64,000 nt of DNA from Geopsychrobacteraceae bacterium (lineage in GTDB: Bacteria > Desulfobacterota > Desulfuromonadia > Desulfuromonadales > Geopsychrobacteraceae), in the NCBI GenBank assembly GCA_963662315.1, contig OY759353.1, forward strand, positions 352,001 through 416,000. The letters run 5' to 3'. Both the position numbers and the translations under genes were made by a program. The notes beneath the pieces are model-generated. The model did no database searches and was not told the DNA's origin. It saw only the letters and a list, made by a program, of their open reading frames with translations. Shown piece after piece: positions 52,415 to 64,000 of this stretch (positions are counted from its first letter, which is position 1; every line of letters begins with the position of its first letter).

Positions 52415-54373
52415 ATGTCTGAGCCCCAATCCCTGATTCCCAAAATCGTTCTGGTTGGTAATCCTAATGTTGGTAAAAGTGTCCTTTTCAATGTTCTGAC
52501 CGGTGCCTACACGACCGTCTCCAATTACCCTGGTACTTCTGTCGAAGTGTCGCGGGGTAGCTGCAGTATAGCAGAGCGGAAATATGAAATTCTGGATACC
52601 CCCGGAATGTATTCGATGATGCCGATCACTGAGGAAGAGCGGGTGGCCAGACATATTCTCCTGACAGAGGATCCACACGCGGTTGTTCATGTCATTGATG
52701 CACGCAATATTGAACGCATGTTGCCAATGACATTGCAGCTTATCGAGGCCGGGTTGCCGGTCATCCTGGTTGTCAACATCCTTGATGAGGCCGAACGACT
52801 TGGTATTAAGATAGACCTTGAAAAAATGCAGGACAAACTGGGAGTACCGGTCATCGGTGCGATCATGCGCCGAAAAGTCGGGCTGTCTGAATTGCAGGCT
52901 GCTATCGCGGCCTATGCCATGGTTCCCCATAAACCGTTCGTTTATGCTGATGATCTCGAGCATGATCTGCATCAGCTGGTGAGACTGCTCAAGGGGGATT
53001 ACCGCCTCAGTAACAGGGCTGTATGTATGTTGTTATTGCAGCGGGACGAGGAGGTGGCCCAGATCGTCGAAACCAGGGAAAGTGCGGATGACTTTTTTCT
53101 GCTGCGTGAGAAAATACGTGAAATTTCGTTCCGGCGGCGGGCAGACCTGCATCTTCAGATCAGTTTAGAGCGGCGCAAAGTATGTACTCAGATGCTCTCT
53201 GGGGTGTTGACTCAGGAACCGCATAATAGTGCCTCTTTCGGTGAAAAATTATCGGGATGGATGGTTAACCCGATTACCGGTGCTCCTATTTTGCTGCTGG
53301 TGGTTTATTTTGGATTGTTCAAATTTGTGGGGGGATTTGGAGCCGGGACTCTGGTTGATTTTCTTGAGGGGCATCTGTTTGAAACCTATTTGAATCCTCC
53401 GGTTATTCATGCGGCCCAGAAGTACCTAAGTGCCAATTGGCTGTTTGAGCTGGTTGCTGGCGAATATGGGCTGTGGACCTTGGGGATCCGCTATGCGGTT
53501 GCTTTAGTCCTGCCCATTGTCGGGTCGTTTTTCCTGGTATTTTCGCTGCTGGAAGATACAGGGTACTTCCCCCGCTTGGCGCTGCTGGTTGATCGTCTGT
53601 TTAAACACATCGGACTGTCTGGACGGGCCGTTATTCCTATCGTGCTCGGTTTTGGCTGCGATACCATGGCTACTCTTGTTACCCGTACCCTGGAAACCAC
53701 CAGAGAGCGCGTTATCGCGACTATGCTGCTGGCTCTGGCCATCCCCTGCAGTGCCCAGCTTGGTGTTATCCTTGGTTTGTTGTCGATTTCCTTTAAGGCA
53801 TTACTGGTCTGGTCGTTATGTCTGATTTTCATTTTCTTGCTCATCGGTCTGATTGCGTCAAAGCTGTTACCCGGCGAAAGTCCTGTCTTCTATATGGAAA
53901 TACCGCCTTTGAGACTTCCTCAGTTGCATAATGTCCTGGTTAAGACCCTCACCAGAATGCAGAGTTACTTTTTGGAAATATTGCCGCTTTTTTTGGTTGC
54001 GTCAGTAATTCTCTGGGCTGGTAAAATGACAGGATTGTTAGCTTCCCTGGTCGATGCGCTGTCTGTCGTTGTTGAGATGATCGGGTTACCGGCAGAAGCG
54101 ACAACCGCTTTTGTCTTTGGTTTTTTCCGGCGTGACTTTGGTGCTGCCGGGCTTTACGATCTGCAGACTTCCGGGGTGTTGAATATTTCGCAATTGACTG
54201 TGGCAGCTGTTACTCTGACCCTCTTCGTCCCGTGTGTCGCACAATTCCTGGTTATGGGACGAGAACGGGGGGCTAAGGTTGCTTTGAGCATTTTTGTTTT
54301 TGTTACATTGCTGGCATTTTCATCAGGGTGGCTGCTCAATCGTTTATTGGCAGCGACGGGTTTTCTTGCATGA
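52415..54373 (+). CDS. feoB: Ferrous iron transporter B
   Basis: GNPNVGKS, NYPGTSVE, DTPG, LEDTGY, GFGC, PCSA, MEIPP, PCVA. Confidence 0.96.
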   Translation: MSEPQSLIPKIVLVGNPNVGKSVLFNVLTGAYTTVSNYPGTSVEVSRGSCSIAERKYEILDTPGMYSMMPITEEERVARHILLTEDPHAVVHVIDARNIERMLPMTLQLIEAGLPVILVVNILDEAERLGIKIDLEKMQDKLGVPVIGAIMRRKVGLSELQAAIAAYAMVPHKPFVYADDLEHDLHQLVRLLKGDYRLSNRAVCMLLLQRDEEVAQIVETRESADDFFLLREKIREISFRRRADLHLQISLERRKVCTQMLSGVLTQEPHNSASFGEKLSGWMVNPITGAPILLLVVYFGLFKFVGGFGAGTLVDFLEGHLFETYLNPPVIHAAQKYLSANWLFELVAGEYGLWTLGIRYAVALVLPIVGSFFLVFSLLEDTGYFPRLALLVDRLFKHIGLSGRAVIPIVLGFGCDTMATLVTRTLETTRERVIATMLLALAIPCSAQLGVILGLLSISFKALLVWSLCLIFIFLLIGLIASKLLPGESPVFYMEIPPLRLPQLHNVLVKTLTRMQSYFLEILPLFLVASVILWAGKMTGLLASLVDALSVVVEMIGLPAEATTAFVFGFFRRDFGAAGLYDLQTSGVLNISQLTVAAVTLTLFVPCVAQFLVMGRERGAKVALSIFVFVTLLAFSSGWLLNRLLAATGFLA

Positions 54374-54561
54374 TATGCGGATTCTGCCATAAGGATATCC
54401 CCGATGATATTGGTGCTCCTGATGGACATAAATCGTGTGGTCACTGTTTTGGGGGCTGTAAAAAAATTCACTGTCCCTACTGTGGATTTGCCAATCCTGC
54501 ACCCGGGAAATTTTTATCCAGATTGCTGCGCAAACAGGAGAAGGGATCTGAAAATGAATAG
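54370..54561 (+). CDS. 63-aa Cys-rich protein (7 Cys)
   Basis: ATGA overlap with feoB stop, 8-nt overlap with next gene; MICGFCHK...SCGHCFGGCKKIHCPYCGFANP. Confidence 0.8.
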   Translation: MICGFCHKDIPDDIGAPDGHKSCGHCFGGCKKIHCPYCGFANPAPGKFLSRLLRKQEKGSENE

Positions 54562-55207
54562 GCTGTCAGAAAAAGCAGAAGAAATTCTTGAAACCCTTTG
54601 GGTCCTGACCGTTGAAGGACAGGATGTCGGAGTTCTTTGCGACACATTAAAGGTCACTTCAGAGTCGGAGGAATTGAAAGAACTGTTGGGAAAAGCTTTT
54701 GTCGAACTGCGTAGCGACCGAATCCTTCTGCGTAAAGAAGGGTATAACGAAGCAAAGCTGACGGTGCGCCGACATCGACTTGCTGAGCGTCTGACTATGG
54801 ATATTCTTGGTATTGAAGGTGACGAAGCTAATGAACAGGCGTGTGCTTTTGAACATCTGTTGCGTCAGGGGGTAGACAGTAAGCTCTGTACCCTGCTGAA
54901 TCATCCAACGACTTGCCCCCATGGGAATCCCATTCCTCCCGGAGAATGTTGTGTTGTAGCAAGGCAGCAGGGGGAGCCGGGGATCGTGGCCTTGACCGAA
55001 CTCAAGTCGGGAGAGTCAGGTGAAATTGCCTATCTGTCCGCCAGTGATGATAAAAAAATGCAGAAACTTATGAGTATGGGAGTTCTGCCAGGTAGTCAAC
55101 TGCTGTTGATGCAGAAATTTCCCAGTTATATCTTCAAGGTGGGACATTCCCAGTTTGCAATTGACGATACCCTGGCCCGTGAAATTCATATCCGGAGAGC
55201 TGAGTAA
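54554..55207 (+). CDS. ideR: DtxR/IdeR-family metal-dependent regulator with C-terminal FeoA domain
   Basis: RRHRLAE, ACAFEH, PTTCPHGNPIP, then FeoA-like LTELKSGESG...KLMSMGVLPG; ATG 54554 preferred over track 54404. Confidence 0.85.
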   Translation: MNRLSEKAEEILETLWVLTVEGQDVGVLCDTLKVTSESEELKELLGKAFVELRSDRILLRKEGYNEAKLTVRRHRLAERLTMDILGIEGDEANEQACAFEHLLRQGVDSKLCTLLNHPTTCPHGNPIPPGECCVVARQQGEPGIVALTELKSGESGEIAYLSASDDKKMQKLMSMGVLPGSQLLLMQKFPSYIFKVGHSQFAIDDTLAREIHIRRAE

Positions 55208-55212
55208 CGATT

Positions 55213-55773
55213 ATGGTCCGATGTTCCTGGTGTAGCGACGATCCTGTATATGTGGATTATCATGACAAGGAGTGGGGTGTTCCGCTCTATAATGATCAAC
55301 GCTTGTTTGAAATGCTCTGTCTTGAGGGGGCTCAGGCCGGTCTAAGCTGGTTGACAGTTCTTAAAAAGCGCGCTCATTACCGGCAGGTTTTCGCCAACTT
55401 TGACTGGCACGCTATGGCACGTTATTCGGAGAATGATGTTGCGCGGCTTCTGCAGGATCCCGGAATTATTCGGAATCGTTTGAAAGTCAATGCCTTTGTT
55501 TGTAACGCCAGGGCAATGGTGACTTTTCTGGATAAACACGATTCTTTTGCCGACTTCCTGTGGAACTATGTTGATGGCAGACCGATTCAGAATAGCTGGG
55601 CCTCAATTGCTGATGTGCCAGCGGAAACCCCTGTGTCACGAATGCTCAGTAAGGATTTGAAAAAACTCGGTTTCCGTTTTGTCGGCTCGACTATTTGTTA
55701 TGCCTATATGCAGTCCGTCGGTCTGGTGAATGATCATACGACTGATTGTTTTCGTTACCACGAGTTGCTCTGA
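55213..55773 (+). CDS. tag: DNA-3-methyladenine glycosylase I
   Basis: RCSW, YHDKEWG, LEGAQAGLSW, IIRNRLK, NDHTTDC. Confidence 0.96.
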   Translation: MVRCSWCSDDPVYVDYHDKEWGVPLYNDQRLFEMLCLEGAQAGLSWLTVLKKRAHYRQVFANFDWHAMARYSENDVARLLQDPGIIRNRLKVNAFVCNARAMVTFLDKHDSFADFLWNYVDGRPIQNSWASIADVPAETPVSRMLSKDLKKLGFRFVGSTICYAYMQSVGLVNDHTTDCFRYHELL

Positions 55774-55849
55774 TTTCAAGCCTTTTGCGAAGTAAAGCAG
55801 TAGACAGATGCTGCCTTTTGGCAAATAGTCTGTGTCCCAATGAAACTGG

Positions 55850-57124
55850 CTAGCCGAACCAGACCACGTTTAGCAGTCCCGCACATAGCCACAAGTAGAT
55901 CAGATATTTCCAGTGCAATTTTATAATCTGGGCATTGCCGGCGTGGTAACGACTGACCATCGCCAGTCCGATTCCTGACAGGGGGCTGCAGCCATTGGCT
56001 AAGCCCCAGACAAAAAGATACAAAAAGGCCAATTGGTTGGGGTCGACATTTAACGGTGCCAGAAACGGACTGACCGAGGCAATGCTGACCACTGGGTGGA
56101 TACCGATCAGACATAAAAGAGACATGATACCGCTGAGACACATAAACATTAAAGGACTAAAAGTGCTGATGTCAAAGGTCAGGGCTGCTGGGAAGGCCTT
56201 GATGATAGCGGAAATTCCGGTGGAAAAAACACCAGCGACCAGGAACAGAGCGTACTGACTGGATGTACTCGGTAGTTTTTCACTGATAAAGCGAACTGTT
56301 TGCTGTCCTCGAGAGCGGGTTTTCATGAAGACCTGGGCTCCTGCGGGCGCCAGAATACTGATCAGGGTCAGGATGCTGATGTCCGGTATGGCCCAGTGAC
56401 CAATCAGGACAAATATTGCCAGAAACATTGGCATGATCAGACTTTCAACCGTCAATGGGTATCCTTCAAAGGCGTCCTTTTCCAGTTTATACGCATCGTA
56501 GTAAGTGATTAAAAACATAGGAATTGTCAGGATCAGACCGGGAATGACAGTCTTTTGCCATTCTGTTCCGGGGGCGTATGTTAGCGCTACCCCCGTGGCG
56601 ACAAAAAAAGGTGACCAGAACGCAGCGGTGCTGAAACTGCGCATGCACAGCTGGACCTGAGCCGGTGTCAGGCGGCCGGAGCGCATCAGTCGGTCTCCGA
56701 CAACAAAGATGATGGACAGGTTGATGACAGCTCCCAGCAGGTGACAGGTCAGGATTGTAGAGGTTATGCCTTTACGCCCACTGGGGAGCTTTGATTGATG
56801 CCCCGTGGGATTGGCCAGGGATAAAAAAGAAACGGTCCCAAGCATTGTTACCAAAGGAATGTTGCGTGACAACATGCCCAGCCAGTCGATGGTTATTCCC
56901 TTGCTCAGTGCAATAGTAATCAGGATAACGCCGGCGACGAGCAGCAGCAGTGTCTGCTGTTTCGCTGTTTTGCCCAATTGCGGCCAGCACACCAGGACAG
57001 CAGACCATCCCAGAATTGACGGAACAATGATGGGCAGCGTTGTGAATACGGAGATTATATATAGAAAACAGCTGGTTGCTATTAGCCAACCAATGATGGG
57101 GGTTCGCGCTGTAGTGCCTGACAT
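55850..57124 (-). CDS. Multi-pass membrane protein, putative secondary transporter
   Basis: About 11-12 hydrophobic segments; HLLGAVINL, AFWSPFF, GIHP, SPLSG. Start ATG 57124 or 57211. Confidence 0.8.
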   Translation of the reverse strand: MSGTTARTPIIGWLIATSCFLYIISVFTTLPIIVPSILGWSAVLVCWPQLGKTAKQQTLLLLVAGVILITIALSKGITIDWLGMLSRNIPLVTMLGTVSFLSLANPTGHQSKLPSGRKGITSTILTCHLLGAVINLSIIFVVGDRLMRSGRLTPAQVQLCMRSFSTAAFWSPFFVATGVALTYAPGTEWQKTVIPGLILTIPMFLITYYDAYKLEKDAFEGYPLTVESLIMPMFLAIFVLIGHWAIPDISILTLISILAPAGAQVFMKTRSRGQQTVRFISEKLPSTSSQYALFLVAGVFSTGISAIIKAFPAALTFDISTFSPLMFMCLSGIMSLLCLIGIHPVVSIASVSPFLAPLNVDPNQLAFLYLFVWGLANGCSPLSGIGLAMVSRYHAGNAQIIKLHWKYLIYLWLCAGLLNVVWFG

Positions 57125-57421
57125 GTATTTAACCTGGTAAAATTGAAAGATTGAGTGAAGAGATATCGTGACAGTGTCATGAGGGCGTATCTGCTGATAC
57201 CGCCCGGACATTGTCTGGATCTTGGTGTTCTAACCATATCGCTCAAAACATATTGTATCAATTATTTTTGTTCGTCCAGTCATCCCTTTCAACGGATAAA
57301 TTGTGACTTGCTAACTAAAAACTCTGGAGATTGAAGACTATTTTTTCATGTTCGCTTGAGCTATACTGCCCAACCACTTTTACCAACGTGATTTTTACCA
57401 ACATAAAAACAGGAGCAACAA

Positions 57422-58517
57422 ATGTTTCGTGAGCCAAAAGAGACCGTCAAAGAATTGCAGGAAAAACTTCAGGAATTATGGAGGTATCTTTGACGTCCCT
57501 GGCAAAACAGAACGGGTAGCCGAGCTTGAAGCTGAAATAGCTCAACCTGATTTCTGGAATCGGGGGGATGCTGCACAGGAGTTGTTAAGGGAAAGAACCC
57601 GTCTGCAGAAAATCGTGGAGGATTGTAACACTGCCAGACGCGAGCTTGATGATATCGGCGTACTGATTGAATTAGGCGAAGAGGGGAGGGACGAAGATAC
57701 TCTTGCCGAGGTCAATGCGCTTCTTCCTGATCTGGAACAAGTGATCGGGCAAATGGAATTTGCCCGGATGTTGTCTGGTCAACACGATGTCAGTAATGCA
57801 ACCTTCAGTATCAATGCCGGTGCCGGAGGAACGGAAGCCCAGGACTGGGCTGATATGTTGCTGCGTATGTATCTGCGTTACTGCGAAAAAAAGGGTTTCA
57901 AAACTGAGTTTACTGAATATCAGGCCGGTGATGATGCCGGTCTTAAGAGCGCGACCTTTACCGTTGAAGGGGATTACGCTTACGGATATCTGAAATCTGA
58001 GAACGGCATTCATCGACTGGTGCGTATTTCTCCATTTGATTCAAATGCCAGACGCCATACGTCTTTCTGCTCGGTCTTTGTTTTTCCTGAACTTGATGAT
58101 TCTATCGAAGTTGAGATTGAGGATAAGGATATCAAGGTGGACACCTTCCGGGCCAGCGGCGCCGGTGGTCAGCATATCAATAAAACCGACTCTGCTATCC
58201 GCATTACCCACATTCCGACCGGTATTGTTGTCAGCTGCCAAAATCAGCGTTCCCAACACAGTAACCGGGCGACGGCTTTGCAACAGCTTAAAGCGCGCTT
58301 GTATGAGATGGAGCGGCAGAAAAAAGAAGCTGAAGCAGCGGCATTTTCTGAAGATAAGAAGGAAATCGGTTGGGGCAGTCAGATCCGTTCTTATGTCCTT
58401 CACCCATATCGCATGGTCAAGGATCATCGAACCGGGCATGAAACCGGGAATACCGACGCGGTTCTCGATGGTGACCTGGATGGATTTATCGAAGCTTACC
58501 TGTTGCAGGGTAAGTGA
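57422..58517 (+). CDS. prfB: Peptide chain release factor 2, programmed +1 frameshift (364 aa)
   Basis: AGGAG RBS, ATG 57422 MFREPKE...LWRYL then CTT-TGA-C at 57488-57494; +1 frame continues DVPGK with SPF and GGQ motifs. Confidence 0.97.
57480..57494 (+). promoter_or_regulatory. RF2 autoregulatory frameshift site
   Basis: GGAGG-TAT-CTT-TGA-C: internal Shine-Dalgarno plus slippery CTT UGA. Confidence 0.95.
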
Positions 58518-58535
58518 TATCGCAGGGGGTAATTG

Positions 58536-58570
58536 TTACGGCGCTTTTTCTTTTAGAAATAGCGCCGTAA
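58536..58570 (+). terminator. Hairpin after prfB (probable terminator)
   Basis: TTACGGCGCT...AGCGCCGTAA 10-bp perfect outer stem. Confidence 0.55.
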
Positions 58571-58574
58571 ATGA

Positions 58575-58603
58575 TTGACTTGCCAGTGCTTGTTGGATAA
58601 ATT
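58575..58603 (+). promoter_or_regulatory. Probable sigma70 promoter of guaBA
   Basis: TTGACT, 17 nt, TAAATT. Confidence 0.5.
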
Positions 58604-58636
58604 CATCGGTTATATATTTATCTTCCCAAATTATAA

Positions 58637-60112
<1,476 letters not shown>

Positions 60113-60115
60113 TCG

Positions 60116-61675
60116 ATGCAAGACATTCATAAGGAAAAGATTCTGATCCTCGACTTCGGATCACAGTATACTCAACTGATTGCCCGGCGGGTGCGTGAAT
60201 GTCACGTTTATTGTGAACTGCACCCGTTCGATATGGCTCTTGATGATATCAAGGCCTTTGGCGCCAAAGGAATTATTCTCTCCGGTGGGCCAAAGTCTGT
60301 TTATGAAGATGGTGCCCCTGAGATTGCCGAGGAGCTGTTTGAACTGGGCGTTCCTGTTCTGGGTATCTGTTATGGTATGCAACTGATGAGTCGTCACTTT
60401 GGCGGTAAAGTCATTGCAGCCGGTAAGCGCGAATATGGACATGCTGAACTGCTGAGTCAGGGGCAACCCGGCCCGTTGTTTGATGGTTTTTTCAGTAACG
60501 GGAAAAGTTCGGTGTGGATGAGCCATGGTGACCATGTCGAAGAGGTTCCTGATGGATTTGAGGTTGTCGCCTGTACCGCCAATGCTCCGGTTTGCGCTAT
60601 TCAGAATGTTGAGCGCCAGCTTTACGGAGTTCAATTCCATCCTGAAGTGAACCATACGCCACAAGGCGCATTGTTTGTTGAAACCTTTGTCCGCAAGATC
60701 TGTCAGTGCTCAGCTTCCTGGACTCCTGGTCGAATTATTGAGGATGCAGTCTCACGCATTAAGGAAGCGGTTGGCAGCGAGCAGGTTATCCTTGGTCTGT
60801 CAGGTGGGGTCGATTCCTCTGTTGCCGCAGCTTTAATCCATCGCGCTATCGGCGATCAACTGCATTGTGTGTTTGTTGATAACGGACTGCTGCGGTTGAA
60901 TGAAGGCGATCAAGTCATGGACACTTTTGCCCAGAATATGGGGGTCAAGGTGACCCGTGTTAATGCTCAGCAACGCTTTTATGATGATCTTGCCGGTGTC
61001 ACTGACCCGGAACAGAAACGTAAAATTATCGGCAAGCTGTTTGTTGATATTTTTGAAGAAGAATCAAAGAAGATCAGCGGAGCAACTTTTTTGGCGCAGG
61101 GAACCATTTATCCTGATGTTATTGAATCTGCCGGAGCTAAAACCGGAAAAGCCCATAACATTAAGAGTCATCACAATGTCGGCGGACTTCCTGACTACAT
61201 GAAGCTGAAACTTCTTGAGCCCTTACGTGAACTGTTCAAGGATGAGGTGCGGGCTATCGGCGAGGAACTTGGTTTGCCCCACCAGATGGTCTGGCGCCAT
61301 CCGTTCCCCGGTCCTGGTCTTGGTGTTCGTGTGTTAGGTGAAGTTAAAGAGGAGTACTGTGATATCCTCCGCCAGGCTGATGCGATTTATATCGAAGAGC
61401 TTTACAGCACTGGCCACTATCATAAGATCAGTCAGGCTTTTGCCGTCTTTCTGCCGGTCAAATCGGTTGGAGTTATGGGCGATGGTCGTACTTATGAGTA
61501 TGTTGTCGCTTTGCGAGCGGTCGAAACCAAGGATTTTATGACCGCCGGCTGGTATCCCATGCCCTATGCTGATCTTGCGCGTATCAGTAATCGCATTATC
61601 AATGAAGTTAAAGGAATTAATCGGGTTACTTACGATATCTCCAGTAAGCCACCAGCAACGATAGAGTGGGAATAA
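60116..61675 (+). CDS. guaA: GMP synthase (glutamine-hydrolysing)
   Basis: [33 protein letters not shown]. Confidence 0.98.
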   Translation: MQDIHKEKILILDFGSQYTQLIARRVRECHVYCELHPFDMALDDIKAFGAKGIILSGGPKSVYEDGAPEIAEELFELGVPVLGICYGMQLMSRHFGGKVIAAGKREYGHAELLSQGQPGPLFDGFFSNGKSSVWMSHGDHVEEVPDGFEVVACTANAPVCAIQNVERQLYGVQFHPEVNHTPQGALFVETFVRKICQCSASWTPGRIIEDAVSRIKEAVGSEQVILGLSGGVDSSVAAALIHRAIGDQLHCVFVDNGLLRLNEGDQVMDTFAQNMGVKVTRVNAQQRFYDDLAGVTDPEQKRKIIGKLFVDIFEEESKKISGATFLAQGTIYPDVIESAGAKTGKAHNIKSHHNVGGLPDYMKLKLLEPLRELFKDEVRAIGEELGLPHQMVWRHPFPGPGLGVRVLGEVKEEYCDILRQADAIYIEELYSTGHYHKISQAFAVFLPVKSVGVMGDGRTYEYVVALRAVETKDFMTAGWYPMPYADLARISNRIINEVKGINRVTYDISSKPPATIEWE

Positions 61676-61701
61676 GTGCTGAGATTTGTCGTTGCTTTAC
61701 T

Positions 61702-61732
61702 AAGGGCTGCCTCTTTTGAGGCAGCCTTTTTT
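61702..61732 (+). terminator. Intrinsic terminator after guaA
   Basis: GGCTGCCTC-TTTT-GAGGCAGCC followed by TTTTTT. Confidence 0.92.
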
Positions 61733-62134
61733 CGTGTGTGGCGGGGAGCGCAGATTGCCCTGTTTCTGTTTTTAGCTTTTTGCTTGTGTGAATTATCTGC
61801 AACAAAAGTGACCTATTGTTACAACAAATTTCTCTATCGCTATAAAGCGACATGTCTATTTTATCGTATGCCAAATCCCGCTGGTCATACCGCTAAATCT
61901 TTTATACAGGAAAATAGAGTATTTTGAATTTTATCAGGTATATTTTGTGCATCCAGTTTTTTAATTAAAATTTAATTGTAGCAGGTATCGGTGGTCTGCG
62001 GTTTTGATCAGTATTGATATTTCATATCGAAACAGGTAAATGTAACATTTTTCAGCCCGGATAATATTGGTCGTTAACGCTGAAAATATTGCCTGCCAAG
62101 CAGTCCACTATCAAATGTAAAGGAGACATTGTTC

Positions 62135-63697
62135 ATGGCAAGCTTTAGGTTTTCCCGACTCATTGTGGGAATCTTTTTCGTTGTTTGTACTATTTACCCA
62201 TCACGTTCTTTTGCTCAGGAAGTTTTCGACTTCGCTGCAGTATCAGCTATTGCGGAAAAACTGTCCCAAAGCGAGTATAGTCCACCCGACAGCCTATCTG
62301 ATATCGTTAAAAATTTAAGTTATGATCAATGGCGAAGCATTCGACAACGGCCTGAAAAAGCCTATTGGAAGGGGCAGAAAAGACTCTTTAATCTGCAGTT
62401 TTTTCATCCCGGTTTCGTTTACGACCGTAGTGTGAAAATCAATATTGTCAATCAGCAGAAGATCACAGTACTACCGGTTCAACGTGACTGGTTTGATTAC
62501 AGTGGTTTACCTCTGGCTCCTCAGATTCCTGAACAGATCGGTGCAGCCGGATTCCGGGTTCACTATCCTTTGAAAAATAAAAATTATTTTGATGAATTTC
62601 TTGTTTTTCTTGGGGGGAGTTATCTGCGTGCCGTTGGAACGGATGATCAGTATGGCCTGTCGGCCCGCGGCTTAGCCCTTAATACGGCCCTTGCCAAAGG
62701 GGAAGAATTTCCATGGTTTCGTGAATTCTGGATCGTTCAGCCCAAGCAGAAAGATACGGGGATTACGATTTATGCCTTGCTTGACAGCCCGAGTGTTTCC
62801 GGGGCTTATCGGTTTGTTGCCAATCCCGGAAAGGAAACCGATATTGATGTTCGAAGCCGACTGTTTTTCAGGAAAAGCGTCGAAAAGGTTGGCATTGCAC
62901 CTTTGACCAGTATGTATTTTTTTGGCGAGAACAATCGTAAGCCAGGTTTAAATGATTTCCGACCGGAAGTTCATGATTCTGATGGACTTCAGATTCTTTT
63001 CGATAATGGTGAATGGCTGTGGCGTCCGTTGAACAATCCACGCTACCTTCAGGTCAACAGTTTCTCTGGAACCGGTATCAAGGGGTTCGGTCTTTTACAA
63101 CGCGATCGTGATTTTCATGACTATGAAGACCTGGAAGCCAATTACCATCAACGTCCCAGCCTTTGGATTGAACCAACCTCTGACTGGGGGGCCGGCAAGG
63201 TTGAACTGGTCCAGATTCCGACCAAAGACGAAATTCATGATAATATTGTCGCCTTCTGGGTGTCTGATTCTCCCGTGAGCGCTGGTGACAGCCGCGAGTT
63301 TTCGTACCGCATGCGCTGGGGGCAGGGGGAAGGTTTCGAACCACCGGCAGCACGCGCTACAGCAACGCGCATGAGTTTTTCTGAAGAGGGGATGGTGCGG
63401 CGTTTTGTGGTCGATTTTTCTGGTCATAATTTACAGTCATTGGCTGCGGATACTTCGTTGTCGGCCAATGTGAACTGCAGTGATGGCGCGGCAATTCGGA
63501 ACGTTACGGTGCAGAAAAATCAATACGATCATTCATGGCGGTTAAGCTTTGAACTGATTGCCCGCCCGGTATCAACCCTTGAAAAGGTTTTACCCGATAA
63601 TGGTGCTCCTATTGAAGTTAGGGCATTTCTCAACAATGCTACCGATGTGGTTTCTGAAACCTGGAGTTATAATATCAGCAGAAAGACAGGGCTATGA
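62135..63697 (+). CDS. opgG: Periplasmic glucan biosynthesis protein G (OpgG/MdoG family)
   Basis: Signal peptide; YGLSARGLA, EEFP.FREFW, APLTSMY, RPEVHDSDGL, DNIVAFW, SETWSY. Confidence 0.93.
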   Translation: MASFRFSRLIVGIFFVVCTIYPSRSFAQEVFDFAAVSAIAEKLSQSEYSPPDSLSDIVKNLSYDQWRSIRQRPEKAYWKGQKRLFNLQFFHPGFVYDRSVKINIVNQQKITVLPVQRDWFDYSGLPLAPQIPEQIGAAGFRVHYPLKNKNYFDEFLVFLGGSYLRAVGTDDQYGLSARGLALNTALAKGEEFPWFREFWIVQPKQKDTGITIYALLDSPSVSGAYRFVANPGKETDIDVRSRLFFRKSVEKVGIAPLTSMYFFGENNRKPGLNDFRPEVHDSDGLQILFDNGEWLWRPLNNPRYLQVNSFSGTGIKGFGLLQRDRDFHDYEDLEANYHQRPSLWIEPTSDWGAGKVELVQIPTKDEIHDNIVAFWVSDSPVSAGDSREFSYRMRWGQGEGFEPPAARATATRMSFSEEGMVRRFVVDFSGHNLQSLAADTSLSANVNCSDGAAIRNVTVQKNQYDHSWRLSFELIARPVSTLEKVLPDNGAPIEVRAFLNNATDVVSETWSYNISRKTGL

Positions 63698-64000
63698 AGT
63701 CCTTAAGGGATTCTTCCGCAACGAATGCCAAAGAATTTGATCATCTTACCCAACGTTGTTTAACTTATTTGCGTTGCTGGCCGGTATCCGAGCTACGGCG
63801 CCTTGAGATGGTTAGCGACACGGTTCGCGTCATTAGCGGTGGTGAGGCAAGCCCTCAGTTGACTTCCGTGTATGCTAAAGCGTTCCAGCGGCTACGCAGG
63901 CGAATCAATATGGAGATCCCCCAAGACCCGGTTCAGGCCTTGCCACAGATGAAGCGTACCAGTATGCCTGCTGCGTCACTGAGTCCGTTAGCAGAGGCTC
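63694..64000 (+). CDS. Partial ORF coupled to opgG; resembles the N-terminal region of OpgH/MdoH
   Basis: ATGA overlap with the opgG stop, open to the window end; ALPQMKRTSMP resembles the P..KRxSM.P segment near the MdoH N-terminus. Confidence 0.6.
   Translation, partial: MKSLRDSSATNAKEFDHLTQRCLTYLRCWPVSELRRLEMVSDTVRVISGGEASPQLTSVYAKAFQRLRRRINMEIPQDPVQALPQMKRTSMPAASLSPLAEA

Noticed and set aside
61676..61927. 83-aa ORF after guaA
   Set aside because: Crosses the guaA intrinsic terminator; no RBS or motif.

Overview
Bacterial chromosomal window whose gene content and order point to a Desulfuromonadales/Geobacter-like deltaproteobacterium (inferred, not searched). Bases 1 to ~6.2 kb are an AT-richer accessory segment ending at the 3' end of tRNA-Ala(GGC). 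It holds the 5' part of a RAYT/Y1 HUH transposase with a 31-bp tandem duplication, a promoter followed by three hairpins, a 1243-aa orphan ending in a PD-(D/E)XK-like motif, and an intact IS256 with an 8-bp target duplication. The rest is mostly core genome: selA-selB-selD (selD has an in-frame UGA and SECIS hairpin) plus an unannotated 57-aa TatA-like ORF, a membrane PAS/DEDDh exonuclease, purC, ppiD, mreBCD-mrdA-rodA, nadK-recN-argA-like, M23 peptidase, secA, hybrid kinase-argJ-deoC-deoB, MucR, dGTPase, cheW-cheW-romR-valS, frd/sdhCAB, GGDEF, short PrmA-like, DegP, TlpA-CcdA, fur-feoB-Cys-rich ORF-ideR-tag, frameshifted prfB, guaBA and opgG. Best candidates for something undescribed: the island nuclease-like giant protein, the RAYT-proximal repeat/small-RNA unit, the sel-linked TatA-like peptide and the sensor-like exonuclease. 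All calls come from reading motifs by eye; no database search was run.
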